A stretch of 64,000 nucleotides of DNA. It comes from Azolla caroliniana (lineage: Eukaryota > Plantae > Polypodiophyta). This document shows positions 48,270 through 59,507 of the stretch, piece after piece (position 1 is the stretch's first letter; each line of letters opens with the position of its first letter). The notes beneath the pieces were generated by a model, which was not told the DNA's origin, searched no databases, and worked only from the letters and a program-made list of their open reading frames with translations. The DNA is taken from assembly GCA_043228905.1 (NCBI GenBank), contig JBHGNT010000119.1:11302-75301 (forward strand). Direction: 5' to 3'. The position numbers and the translations under genes were made by a program.

Positions 48270-51200
48270 ATGATAGTCCGCATCGTTGGGCGAGAAAAGA
48301 CAAGGGCGGAAGTGCGACTTCGAGCGTGCGGAGTTCTCGGCCCGGACGAGGAAGTCAGCGGAGCCGTGGAGGCGGTCTCCTTCGACGACACCTTGGGGAT
48401 GCCGAGGAAGGTTGCCGGAGAAGACCTTAACGAAGACCGGACGATACCGGTATGTTCCGAAGAGATGTACGAAGTCATCGCGAACTTCAGTCGGGGGCTC
48501 GGGTCGGATCGGACGGCCCTAGTTAGCACAAAGTACAAGGCTGTGGACCGGAAGATAAGGCCAGTCGCGGCACCCTTGCCGGAGGGCAGCGAGTCCCGAA
48601 TCAGAGGGGTGGCGTCGGACCCCAGTTTACGAGACCCGGCCTGGATAGGACACACCTTCACCGACGGGACGCTCCAGGATCTCAAGATCGGTGGGGGCGG
48701 GTTCCTACTGTCTGCGGAGGAAGACCGGTTTCGGAAAATGCTCGGAAGGCACGGGAAAGCCTTCGCATTCTCGCCGGAAGAAATCGGGTGCGTAGACCCG
48801 ACGATCGTGGAGCCGATGGTGATATTCACGGTACCACATGTATCGTGGAATCTCAAGCCAATTCCAGTACCGAGAGCTCACATCCCGAAGTTGATGGAGC
48901 TATTGAGGCAGAAAGTCGATATGGGTATTCTCGAACCGTCGCGCGCGCCATACTCGAACCGATGGTTTACCGTACCAAAGAAAAACGGAACATTGCGCTT
49001 CATTCAGGACCTGCAGTCGGTCAACAGAGTGACCATCCGGAACGCAGGAATCGGACCGACCATAGACGAGTTCGCGGAGGCCTTCGCCGGAAGGTCGATT
49101 TACTCGGTCGGTGATCTGTACTCGGGGTACGACCAGTTCCAGCTAGCCGTGGAGAGCAGAGACATTACGACAATGCGAACTCCCCTCGGCCTAGTGCGAA
49201 TGTGTACCCTGCCACAAGGAGGGACCAACTCGGTGGCCCACATGGTGAATGCAATGAACAAAGTACTGAGGGATTGCATCCCGGACATCACCATGCCGTT
49301 TCTAGACGACATCCCCATCAAAGGGTGCCCGGTGGAAGAGAAGGACGAGGCACTCGGGCCGGACGGATGCCGGCGATTCGTAGCAACACACATCAACGAC
49401 TGCGAGAAGGTGCTACAAAGGCTAGAGGATGCGAGGCTCACCTTCTCCGGGGAGAAATCGGCCTTCGGGCAATCAGAAATCCTGGTGGTGGGGCATCTAT
49501 GTGGACCATATGGCCGGAAGCCGTCTCCGGCAAAGGTAGAAGCCATCTCCGCGATGAAGACCGACTGTAGCTCGGTTACGGAAGTTCGGAGGTTCCTGGG
49601 GGCATGCGCGTTCTACCACATATGGATCCCGCATTACGCCCACGTTGCGAAGCCACTATACGGTTTCCTGAAGAAGGGGCAAAGATTCGAGTGGCGAGAC
49701 GAGCACACGGGGTCGGTCCGGAAGCTGAAGGAAGCTCTTGCGGCAGCACCGGCGCTCCGGAAGGCTGTCTACGAGAAGGGTACCCCGGTATACATAACGG
49801 TGGATACGAGCCCGACCGGGATCGGATGGGTCGTCAACTAAGAAGACGAGGACGGCACCCGGTTCCCGATCCGATTCGGCGCTAAGGTCCTCAGTGACCG
49901 ACAACGAGGGTACGCCCAGGTTAAACGCGAGCTCTAGGGTATCGTTTCGGCGGTAAAGGCGGACAAGGACTACCTGATCGGGACAGAAGTGATTATCGAG
50001 ACGGATTGCCTGCCGATTCTCGGCATGGTTTCCGGATGCGCGACACCGGACCTGGCGATGCTCAGGTGGATAGCGTACATCAAGTCCCTGGACCCGGAGA
50101 TACGACACATTTCCGGAAAGGACAACACCATGGCCGACATGCTTTCGAGGGCGAGGTTTGATGACGAGGGCGACCGGACTTCTTCGAGGCGGCGTACGTG
50201 ACGACCGATGGGACGAGCACTCCGGCACTTAACGACTTCGACGAGAGCAAGTACGACGGCGAGTGGCTCCAGATCGGTGGATTCTTGAGGACAATGACGC
50301 CGGATGCGTCATGGACGAAGGACGAGGCCAACCGGATCCGGAAGAAAGCTTACCGACTCTTTCTCCGGGACGGATACTTATGGAAGCCCCCAAAGAAGAG
50401 GGACAGCACTCCGCTCCGAGTGGTGGCAATGCAGAAAGAACAGGAGGAGCTGCTGACGGCCTACCACGACAGCCCTTGGGCCGGACACCGTGGAACCTGG
50501 GCCACGTTCGAGAAGATAAAGGGGAAGTACTGGTGGCTGGGACTGTACCGGGACGTGCATCGATTCGTGACAACTTGCGAGAGCTGTCAGATGCACTCCA
50601 TAGTCCGACACCGGGACGAACTTCACCCTACGTACCCTCCGACCATCCACTTCAAATGGATGGTAGACCTGGTAACGATGCCGATAGGAGCAGGACAGAT
50701 GCGGTATCTGGTCCTGGCTCGGGAAGATCTAACGAACCAGGTGGAAGGCCGGGCCCTTCAGAACAAAACGACTGCGGCCGTATGTCGGTTCCTGCTCGAG
50801 GACGTAATATGCCGGTACGGATGTGTCGGGAAGATCGTGGCTGATCGCGGGGAGTTGGACGCCGAGGAGGCCAAGGAGCTGTTCGACCGGTTAGGGGTCA
50901 AGCTCTCGCTTACCACTGTGTACAATCCAGAGGCAAATGGGAAGGTGGAGCGCGGACACGGACCGATCGTCAAGGCGTTAGTTCGGGCATGCGGAGGTCA
51001 AGTCGGGAACTGGCCGCGGCTATTGCCTTACGCGTTGTGGGCTGACCGGACTACGCACAGTTCGGTAACCGGGTTCATGCCGGCAGAGCTCATGTTTGGG
51101 CAGAAGCCGATCATGCCGATCGAATGTACGGTCTCCTCATGGGCAACCGTGGACTGGAGAGACGAGATGAGCCGGGAGGAACTGTTGACGGCGCGCATAC

Positions 51201-51601
51201 GACAGCTCGAGCGGAGACCGGAGGACGTGGAGTAGGCTGCGGAAAAGCTTCGGGTGGCCAGGACGAGGAACAAAGCCCGGTTCGATCGGACGCACCGGCT
51301 CCGACCGAAGAAGATCGAGGAAGGCAACTGGGTGCTAGTCTACGACAGCAGCCTCGACAACCAGCACCGAGCGACGCGGAAGTTCCCAAGAAGGTGGTTC
51401 AGGCCTTACGTGGTACAAAGCGCCAACGACAACGGGACGTACCATCTGGCGGAACTCGACGGCACGAGAGTGGCGATACCGGTAGCTGGGAAACGGATCA
51501 AAGTGTTCAAGAAGCGTCACGACGACAAGCCGGATCCGGTTGACCTAGACAGGGACGACGAACGATCCGAAACCGAGGAAGAACCGACGGGCGGGGAATG
51601 A
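48270..51601 (+). pseudogene. pol: E pol RT-RH-INT with a few stops and a small deletion
   Basis: ORFs 48270..49841, 49989..50201, 50198..51235 and 51254..51601. Confidence 0.92.
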
Positions 51602-51673
51602 AGGCTAGACCGGTTTTCTCCGTCCCAACACAATTGGCGCATGCCGGTGGATGCGCGGTTAGGTGGGGGCGGA

Positions 51674-52307
51674 TGTCGTGAAGAAAACCGACCACGAGCG
51701 GAATCGGTGCACCGGAGCGTAGAAACCGACTCTTCATGCACGTGCGACTTAAGTTGAACATAGGAGATCCTAGGTAGATTCGGTAGGTAGGGAGTAAAGG
51801 GGAAACGGCTCCTTCCTTGCCTATAAAAGGAGGGAGACGAGGAGGGTAGAAGGATCGCGGAGAGTCGAGGACGAAGTGCTGTCGGTTTGCGTGCGAAGGC
51901 TTCTCTCTCTCTCTCTCTCTTTCTGGTTGCAAACGCCATAGCTTCCTTTTGTGCAGGTTTCGAGGAGGCCGCGCTGCTCTGAGGAATGCCCGAGTGCTTC
52001 CGGCAGCACCTCCAACCTACTCATTCCCCTCTGTGCGTTTACGAGCAGGCATCGGCATCTGTTCGCCGGCCTGTTCGGTTGTAACCAACTTCGTGTTTTG
52101 TTGACTTCGTGTTCTTGTTGTTTGTCTTGTCAATACATACATACTTTCGTGTCTTTCTGTGTCGCTGTCCCACTCGCGTCTTTGCGTCGAAGGGCCGTGT
52201 CCCTGTGAATCTACGCTCGCACGTAGTGGGTCTACCTCTCTTACTCTTCGGTACAGGACCCCCGAGGTCCCGCCTCACTCCACGCATCCGCGAGGAATAC
52301 CTCGACA
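51674..52307 (+). repeat. 3' LTR of E
   Basis: Follows the PPT aggtgggggcgga. Confidence 0.95.
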
Positions 52308-52821
52308 ACGTGTGTGAGCATCTCTCTCTTTCCTCCCCTTTTCTCACCTATTCCTCGGTCCAAGACCCTAGTGGTCCCGCCTTGTTCTCCACACACGCGC
52401 GTAGCAACGCGACAACGTTCATAAGTTTTCCTTTCTGCCCGACATGGCTCATGGGAACTTCACCGACATTCGCGATCAGATGCGGAGTGTCGTCTCCAAT
52501 TGCGACTACTCCTGGTTGCGTCGGTTTCTCAAGGTATGAGAACCACTCCTTGTGGCACGTCATGTGGTTTGACGGGCCGGAGTTGACATACAACACCTCG
52601 TCTGATTTTGGGGCGGACTGTTTCATTGAGTTTGCTTCGTGTCTCGTCACGAAGACTGACCCTTTTCCGGCTTTTCTGGATCCTTCGGCATAGTGCGATC
52701 GCTGCCGATTTCCTTTATCGGTATGTCCGGAACCAGACCTCTTCGACTCGGCGCGCTTCTTCCAGCACTCGCTCTCCCTATGGCCTTTCTTGCCACAGTA
52801 CCAGCATTCCATGGCGGATTT

Positions 52822-54910
52822 TGTTACCCGTTCCTTTGGGTGAACACCTTCGATAGATCTGCGGCTATCGGTATTCAAGGGCGTGGTACGTGAAGGCTCG
52901 TAACAGAGGCGTTGAGAGAGAAACAATGGTCAGAGAGAAAACACTAATGAGATCTTGACAGGCATGGGCGGCGCTCAAATCATAGGTATGAATCAAAGCA
53001 CAGACACATGGAGCAAACTGGGCACAATTCAGATATATTACTGCGACAGAAAAGATTATAGAACACGGCCTACGGCCGGTGACCTAACAAGATTATCTAG
53101 TTACGAGGGACTCAGCTAGTGCTTCCGCCTATATTTTTCTTCTCTCCCCCTCTGAGGTATTGGTCCTCGTTTAAATAACTTTTCCCCTAATACACAGCCG
53201 AGCCGTCGGTGGCCCATGATACTCGGACTCGGCGTTTGCTAATTTCCTAATTTTACATTTCTGTCCTCTGGACAACACTTGGCACGCCCGTGGGACAGGA
53301 CCTTGTCCGTTGGACCCACGACTTACAGAATACTAACAATATTACAAAAATTGCCTTTTAGGCGTGATCCTCGTTTCATTCCTCTTTTAATATGTCGAGG
53401 ATGTTTTCGGGGTCCGGGGTGGTGGCAGGGTGGTCTGGTTGGACTGTCGGTGCGGGGGGTTGAGTTTGGTCCAGGGCTGTCATATCTTCTCGGGCGTCCG
53501 CCTCAGGTGCGGCCGATTCTTCTGGTGGGGGTGTGGGTTCGAGGGCGCTGATATCTACTTCGACTGGATTTGGTACCGTGTGGGCGTCCATGGGATGTCT
53601 GGTGGCTGGGGCAAGTTCCTCCTGTGCCGTGTCTGTGATCTCCTTGCTGGAAGGTTCTTCCTTCTGCTCTATGGCCGTTGGAGGGCTGGTTGGGATGGCT
53701 GCGAGTCGTTCTCGTTCGAAGGCTTCTGCTTCTAGGCGAAACAACATCTGACCGTCATTGAAGTCCTCCATTATTTGCTCGATTGCCGCGGTGTGAGATT
53801 TTGCCAAGGACTGGTAATCCTCAATTAAATCTGCACGCAGGTTTTGTATGTTGGCTTCGTCCATTTTTTAGAAACCGCGGCCCTCCTTCCGTCGGTTCTC
53901 GGCGTCGGCGCGTAAAATATGCAATTCGGCAGCTTGGGTTGCCCATTCGTCTCCTGCACGACTTAATGTTTCCTCGACCTTTTTGGTAAGGTGCTGGCGC
54001 TGTTTCTCGATCAGTATTTTGATGCGTGTCTCATCCATGCCCGGCTATGCTGGGATGGCTGCTAATTCTTGTTTTAAGCCGTCGACCTCGGCCTGAAGCT
54101 TCTTTGCTCGTAGTTCATAGATGGCTTGAGTGTTCTTTGCATCCGCGGTTACGAGCTGGATAGCCTGCTCGTAATGCTTGGTGAGTTCTTCGGTGGCTTG
54201 CTCCCGTTCTTTTTGACACGCGGCCCAGACTTGTTCCCGTTCGACGATTCTCTCTTCTTGTAGGGCGAAGTAGGAATCCGATAATTCGTCTTTTTGCTCC
54301 GAAATTAGCTTACATTTGATGAAAAACTCGTCAGCCATTTCTTTAAGGGTCGTACGCTGACTCTGCAGCTCAGCATTCTCCGCGATCATTCTCTCCTCCC
54401 GTTGGCGATTTCTTTCCTCCTGCCGATGGTTCCAATCTTTCGCATTGTCGAGCGCGGCCTGTAGGTCTAGGACCTCCTTCTCTTTCTTTGCCACTGTGGC
54501 TACGTATTCCTCCAGCTTGCTTTTGAGTTCGACTTCTTTGCCCGCGGCTTGCGCTTGTACCCGGCCCAGTGCTTCGTTCTGCTCGTGTATCCTTTGGTCG
54601 ACCTGGGCTCTAATCTCGGCCATCTGCTTGGAAGCTTCTTCTTTTAGGCGAGCCATCGCCTCCTGATGCCGTTGTTCATGTCTCTCGGTTCGCTGTTCTT
54701 CTTCTTTAAGCTCCGCGCAGTAATCCCGGAGCGGGGGTTCTGTCTAGGTTGCCACCTCCTTGGGTGCATGAGGGGGTGGTATCTCGGTCTTCTCCATGGG
54801 CGTGGCTGCCTCGGTTGTTGTGCAGGCATCGACCATTTCTAATGAGTCTGTTTGTGTACTGGCCTGCATCGTCATGATTGAATCTGTGACGGTGCTTTCA
54901 TCCATCATTG
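52822..54910 (-). mobile_element. 3' fragment of gypsy element G, a relative of F: 3' LTR 52822-53277 plus ORF2 C-terminal remnant
   Basis: tgtt..caaca LTR. MDEANIQNLRADLIEDY..DGQM aligns with MDEESIVNIREELSEDF..DGQL in F. Coiled-coil ORF 54045..54656. Confidence 0.82.
53280..53296 (+). promoter_or_regulatory. Inverted PBS-like motif at the PPT position of G
   Basis: TGGCACGCCCGTGGGAC lies 2 nt from the LTR. Confidence 0.75.
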
Positions 54911-56495
54911 TTATGCGTCTTCCGAATTGGAGGTGCTTGCAAAGTCGGAGGCCGTCATAGAGTTCGCTCTATGCCTCATTACGAATAGTCCTTCGTAGTC
55001 ATCGTATTCGGAGTTGGTGGTGTAGTTTGTGAGTTGTCGACTTGTTGAAGCCGACTCACTTCTGTTTTTCCGACACTCCGCCTCGTAGTGGCCGATTTTG
55101 CCACAATAATTGCAAGTTGTGGGCCTCATTTTCCAACCATGTTCGGCATGGAAGCTCCCCCTTCTTCCGAAGGTTCTTCGATGGCTTCCGTGAAGGTTTG
55201 AGTTCCCTTCGTGTGATGGGTCGAATTGACCTCTTCTACCACCGCCACCTTTTCCTTGGCCACCGTCCTAATTCGAGAAGAACATTTGTCCTTCCGACGT
55301 CTTGCTTTTGGTTCGGACGTGGTTCTCTTCAACCAATAGCATTGATTGGAGGTCGAAGAATGAAGGAGGGTTTTCTCTCACCAAGATTGCCGTCCATAAT
55401 GGATCGAATCGTTGTGTGAGGCAGCCCAAGCATACTTGAACCATCTCGTCTTCGTCGACGTTTATGTTGATGGAGCCAAGTGAATCGCAAATGCTCTTGA
55501 TCTTGGCAATGTATTCCGACATAGACATGTCTTTTTGTCGAATGTTATTCAACTTTTGTCGGAGTTGAAGCTTTCAGGCGATCGTGTTGGCGGCGAACAT
55601 TTTCTTTAAGTTCTCCCATGCCTCTTTGGGCATCTTGGCGTCTCGAATGTGGCTAAGCATGTGGTCGTGGACACATGTTGCCAAGCAATACATGACTGGA
55701 CTCGTCGCTTGGTCCCATGTTGAGTAGTCGGCGTTCTTGGGTCGATTTTCTTGAGCGTCGTTGATGTAGCTCCAATACCCTTGGCCGACAAGGTATTGGG
55801 TCATCTTGTACTCCCAAGATGAATAATTTCTCTGGTCTAGCTTTTCACTAGGGAGCGAGTTACCCATTTGTGTGTTCATGTTGATTAGTGTCTTCTCTTC
55901 TTTTGCTTTTCTTCCTTCGATCACGTACACGTGCTACGTAGCAGCACTATGGTAGCCGATACCCGGATTTTGTCATCGGCGTCTCGAACACACTATTATG
56001 AAGAGGCGGATGGGCTTAGTGGATGTGCTAAACCACACGCTCTGATACCATGTTAGGAATTAGGTAAGTAATTAAGCAAGGGTTAATTAGTACATAATTA
56101 TGTGATTAAGTTAATACGCGGAAGATTATGTGATATGTGTGTGTATGTGTGTGAGAGGAAGAGAGAGAGGAAGATACACTTATGAACAACACAAGATGGG
56201 GGATGAGTAACTATATTAAATTAGCATTATCATCATCAAATACAAAAATACCTTTTATGAGGTATATATAGATCTCATGTGCAACGGTGCACATGTGTGA
56301 GTAGAATATAGGTACAAACTTGTAAATCCTATATTAAATGTACTTGGGAGTGGAGGATCTAGAATATCCCACCTTAAGTACAAGGTCCTATTTAAGGCGT
56401 TATAGTCAACACTTCTAACTAGATTCTATCTAGGTAACTACGAAGTTACATGGTTAACTACCTAACTAAACTAAGTTGAGCTTGATCTCTCAACA
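54911..56495 (-). mobile_element. 5' part of copia element H (A/C family): gag remnant, tRNA-Met PBS 56039-56050, 5' LTR 56051-56495
   Basis: MGNSLPSEKLDQRNYSSWEYKM, CNYCGKIGHYEAEC, gctctgatacca adjacent to a tgttag..caaca LTR. Confidence 0.88.
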
Positions 56496-56715
56496 CTCAT
56501 TTATGAGCATCCAAGTACTTATGGTGTAAGGACTAGTATGTAGGCATATTCCTTGGAGCTAGTCCGTGTAAGGACTTGTACAAAAGTGCTCTCTGAGCAC
56601 ATTCTATGTACAGAGTATTATTTTTTGAAATCCAGTTTGGTTCTGCTCTCTCTCTCTCTCTCTCTCTCCCCCGTATGTGTGTTAAGGTTTCCATTAAACC
56701 TTCATCTCTGTTTTT
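56496..56715 (+). repeat. LTR fragment of the copia A/C family
   Basis: ctcatttatgagca, ctgagcacat..tatgtacaga and ttccattaaacc match the C LTR. Confidence 0.7.
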
Positions 56716-56799
56716 TGTTGGGTAGGATCCTTATCATATACTATCTCATGATAATCTAACTTAGGAATGCCATGTAGTAAGCAAGAAATAAACCACTTG

Positions 56800-57130
56800 T
56801 CATGTATGTGCATGAATGCTTGTTTATGTATGTGTGTATGTGTATACTTGTTGATTCATGAATGGGTATGTGTAGGCTTAAATAAGTATGTGTGTATGAA
56901 TGTATGTAGGATTAAATATATGTAGGACTGGATAAGTGTGTAGGATTGAATGATTTTATGTATGTGTAGGATTGAATTAGTGTGCAAATGAAAGTTTGAC
57001 GGTATAATTGTGTCTAATTGAATATATATGTATCTATGTGTGAGTGGTAAATTTTACATAAATGAATGAATGTATATGTATAAATGTATCTATGTCTATG
57101 TCTATGTCTATGTGTATGTCTATGTGTATA
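56800..57130. repeat. ATGT/TG-rich low-complexity tract, including (CTATGT)n
   Basis: Read directly from the sequence. Confidence 0.7.
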
Positions 57131-57770
57131 TTGAGGAGCACCACGAAAAAGATATGGTATGATAACAAAGGGATCTTTGAGCCAAGTTGAGCAATGGCTA
57201 AGCTAAGCCAATAAATGGAAGATGACCAAGCTTATGGTCAATATCTATTAATCATGACAAGATAACAACTGAGCAATAACCATTCTAATGAGCAATTACC
57301 ATTTTTCAAGTGTCAAATCGATATGAGCTAAGTTGTGGTCAATAATTGATTGATGAGTCAAGCCAATAACAAGTCTAACTATTGATAGACAAGCTTCAAC
57401 TTAATAACCAAGACCCATCTCCATCATGCTATCGTCGTCCATATCACCATCTTCATCGTCCTCCTTGGCCTCAAGCTAAAGGTGATTTTCCCAAAGAAGC
57501 TAAAGGTGATTCACCCCCACAATCAAATACTAATTCATCTTCACTCTAGTATCGTTCCTAATCAACTAAACTTGATTCACCTTCAACATCTAAATGAGGC
57601 TTTACCGCACTATATAGGCAATTCATTCTAAAACTCTCAATACAATTCAACCCATAGTTGTTAGAAGAGCTCACATTTTATGTTTAGAAATATGTTTTAC
57701 AATACTTTGAAGCATTCTAAACATAATTCTACCTTTTAAAAAGTTGCATATTTTAAGTATTCTACATATT

Positions 57771-58323
57771 TGTTAGGTATATGTCCCTCCTGTGGGAGGA
57801 GCCGACTGTTCCATTGAGTAAGAGCTGACAGTTGGAGACAAGGAGTAGCCGATTGTATGGGCTGAGAGCCAAAAGTCGAAGACACAGAGAGTCGACATGG
57901 AGAGTTGACTATATATATATATATATATATATATATTATCCAAGTCGAAGACATGACTGACTAGTCAGGCCGACCAGATGGTTCGACGACAAGGCCGACT
58001 AGACAGACGACATAGGAGTCGGCTGACTAACTACTATTGTTATTACTATAATAATAGAGTGACAGTAATAAGTGGCTACATATGTAAATAGCCCAGATAG
58101 TGTCTAAGTAGAAATACACTTACGGCAAAACAAAGTGTGTGAGGAACTAAACAAAGTAGAACATAACGAAGTGTTGTGTGGAGAGTGACGCTAGAGTTTC
58201 TCGAACCTGCCAAGAACCCTAAGTGATTATCGTCTGAGTATCAAAGAATCGTTGTAACCGTTCTTTGTATTCTCTATTTGTATAGTGAATCTCTGTTCCC
58301 ATGGTTTTTCCCGTTTTAGGTTT
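57771..58323 (+). repeat. Diverged LTR of the copia D family containing (TA)n, interrupted by element I
   Basis: tgttaggtatatgtccctcc, ggctacatatgtaaatagcc and tggtttttccc resemble the D LTR. Confidence 0.68.
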
Positions 58324-59507
58324 TGACGAGAACTACACGTCCCCTATGCGCAACGCTCAGCCACAACCGAGCTTAGAATCATACACACAAAAAAACAGGA
58401 ATGAATGCACGACACAGTGAAGAGAAGAGTACACAGGATGTTTACGTGGAAAAACCCCAACTAGGGAAATAAAAACCACGGCAGCCCACAGGCTGCAAAC
58501 TATCACTATGTTACAGTGTACAACAGTAAAGCATCGAGGCAACAACCTCGAGCTTTCTATCTTCGCCACAGGCGGCGGTTACAACAGAGGCAACGACCTC
58601 TTCCTCTCTCTCTCTCTCTCTCTGTACACAATTACGTGCTCTGATCTCTTGCGCCAACAAGAATGACAACAACACGCTAAAAGTTTGCCCTAAGTCATAT
58701 TTATACTAATATGACTTTTCGGCTATTTACAAATATAGCCACGATGGACTCTCTGAAACATATTTACGAATATGTCTCTTCATCTGGTGAGCACTCCTCA
58801 CCGGGTCTACACCATCCGGCTCTCCGTAGCCGGGTACTCCTCATCCGGTTCTCACCGGGTTTGCACCATCCGGAGGGACTTGTCTCCCAACAAACTCCCC
58901 CTTCACTCCGGCATGGGGTATCTTACTAGTCCGATCCGCTTCCGGCATGCATCCAGCTTGTCGGGTATCAACACTTTGGTCAGCATATCTGACCCGTTCT
59001 CGGCCGTGTGGATCTTCGTCAGCACGAACTCCTGGTCATCTACTCTTTCCCGGATCCAGTGATATCTTCGTTGGATATGCTTCGTCCGGGAATGGTAGGC
59101 CGCATTCTTAGGAAGATGGATGGCACTTTGACTGTCGCAATAGAGCCGGTATTCATCTTGCCTGATACTGAGCTCTCCGATGAAGTCCTTCATCCATAAT
59201 ATTTCCTTGCCGGCTTCCACAGCCGCCATGTACTCCGCCTCCGTGGTTGACAAAGCAACCGTCTTCTACAGTCTCGACTGCCACGAAACAGCTCCCCCTG
59301 CATATGTCATTACATACCCGGATATAGACCAGTTGGTATCCACATCAGCCGACATGTCCGAATCGGTGAAACCATCAAGTTGAGGTTTTCCGGAGCCGAA
59401 TCGGAGATACATATTGGTAGTGCCCTTCAAGTACCGGACTATCCATTTGACCGCGTTCCAGTGCTCCTTGCCGGGATTGCTCATAAACCGGCTCACCACT
59501 CCGACTA
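58324..59507 (-). mobile_element. 3' end of copia element I (D family): LTR 58324-58892, PPT, RNase H; interrupted by element J
   Basis: LTR similar to the reverse complement of the D LTR. ORF 58903..59253 has STTEAEY and HSRTKHI. Confidence 0.9.

Larger units (their letters stand above)
35305..52307 (+). mobile_element. Gypsy element E (tRNA-Trp PBS, Phygy-like), ACGT TSD, interrupted by element F
   Basis: LTRs 35305-35940 and 51674-52307 differ by about 5 substitutions plus a CT indel. ACGT at 35301-35304 and 52308-52311. Confidence 0.95.
34731..52414 (+). mobile_element. Solo LTR of the B-like gypsy family (34731-35304 plus 52308-52414), ACGT TSD, interrupted by element E
   Basis: Start resembles the B LTR and the end is ..cgcgaca at 52414. 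ACGT at 34727-34730 and 52415-52418. Confidence 0.88.
26651..52821 (-). mobile_element. Copia element C (same family as A), in segments 26651-30214, 34261-34730 and 52415-52821, split by nested insertions
   Basis: 3' LTR about 26651-27088, PPT 27089-27100. Reading frames rejoin across the AAAAT and ACGT TSDs (e.g. GKLMNV|LHIT). Confidence 0.88.

Noticed and set aside
57130-57770. Possible host promoter or gene fragment
   Set aside because: AT-rich with no ORF; probably an old LTR remnant but cannot be assigned.
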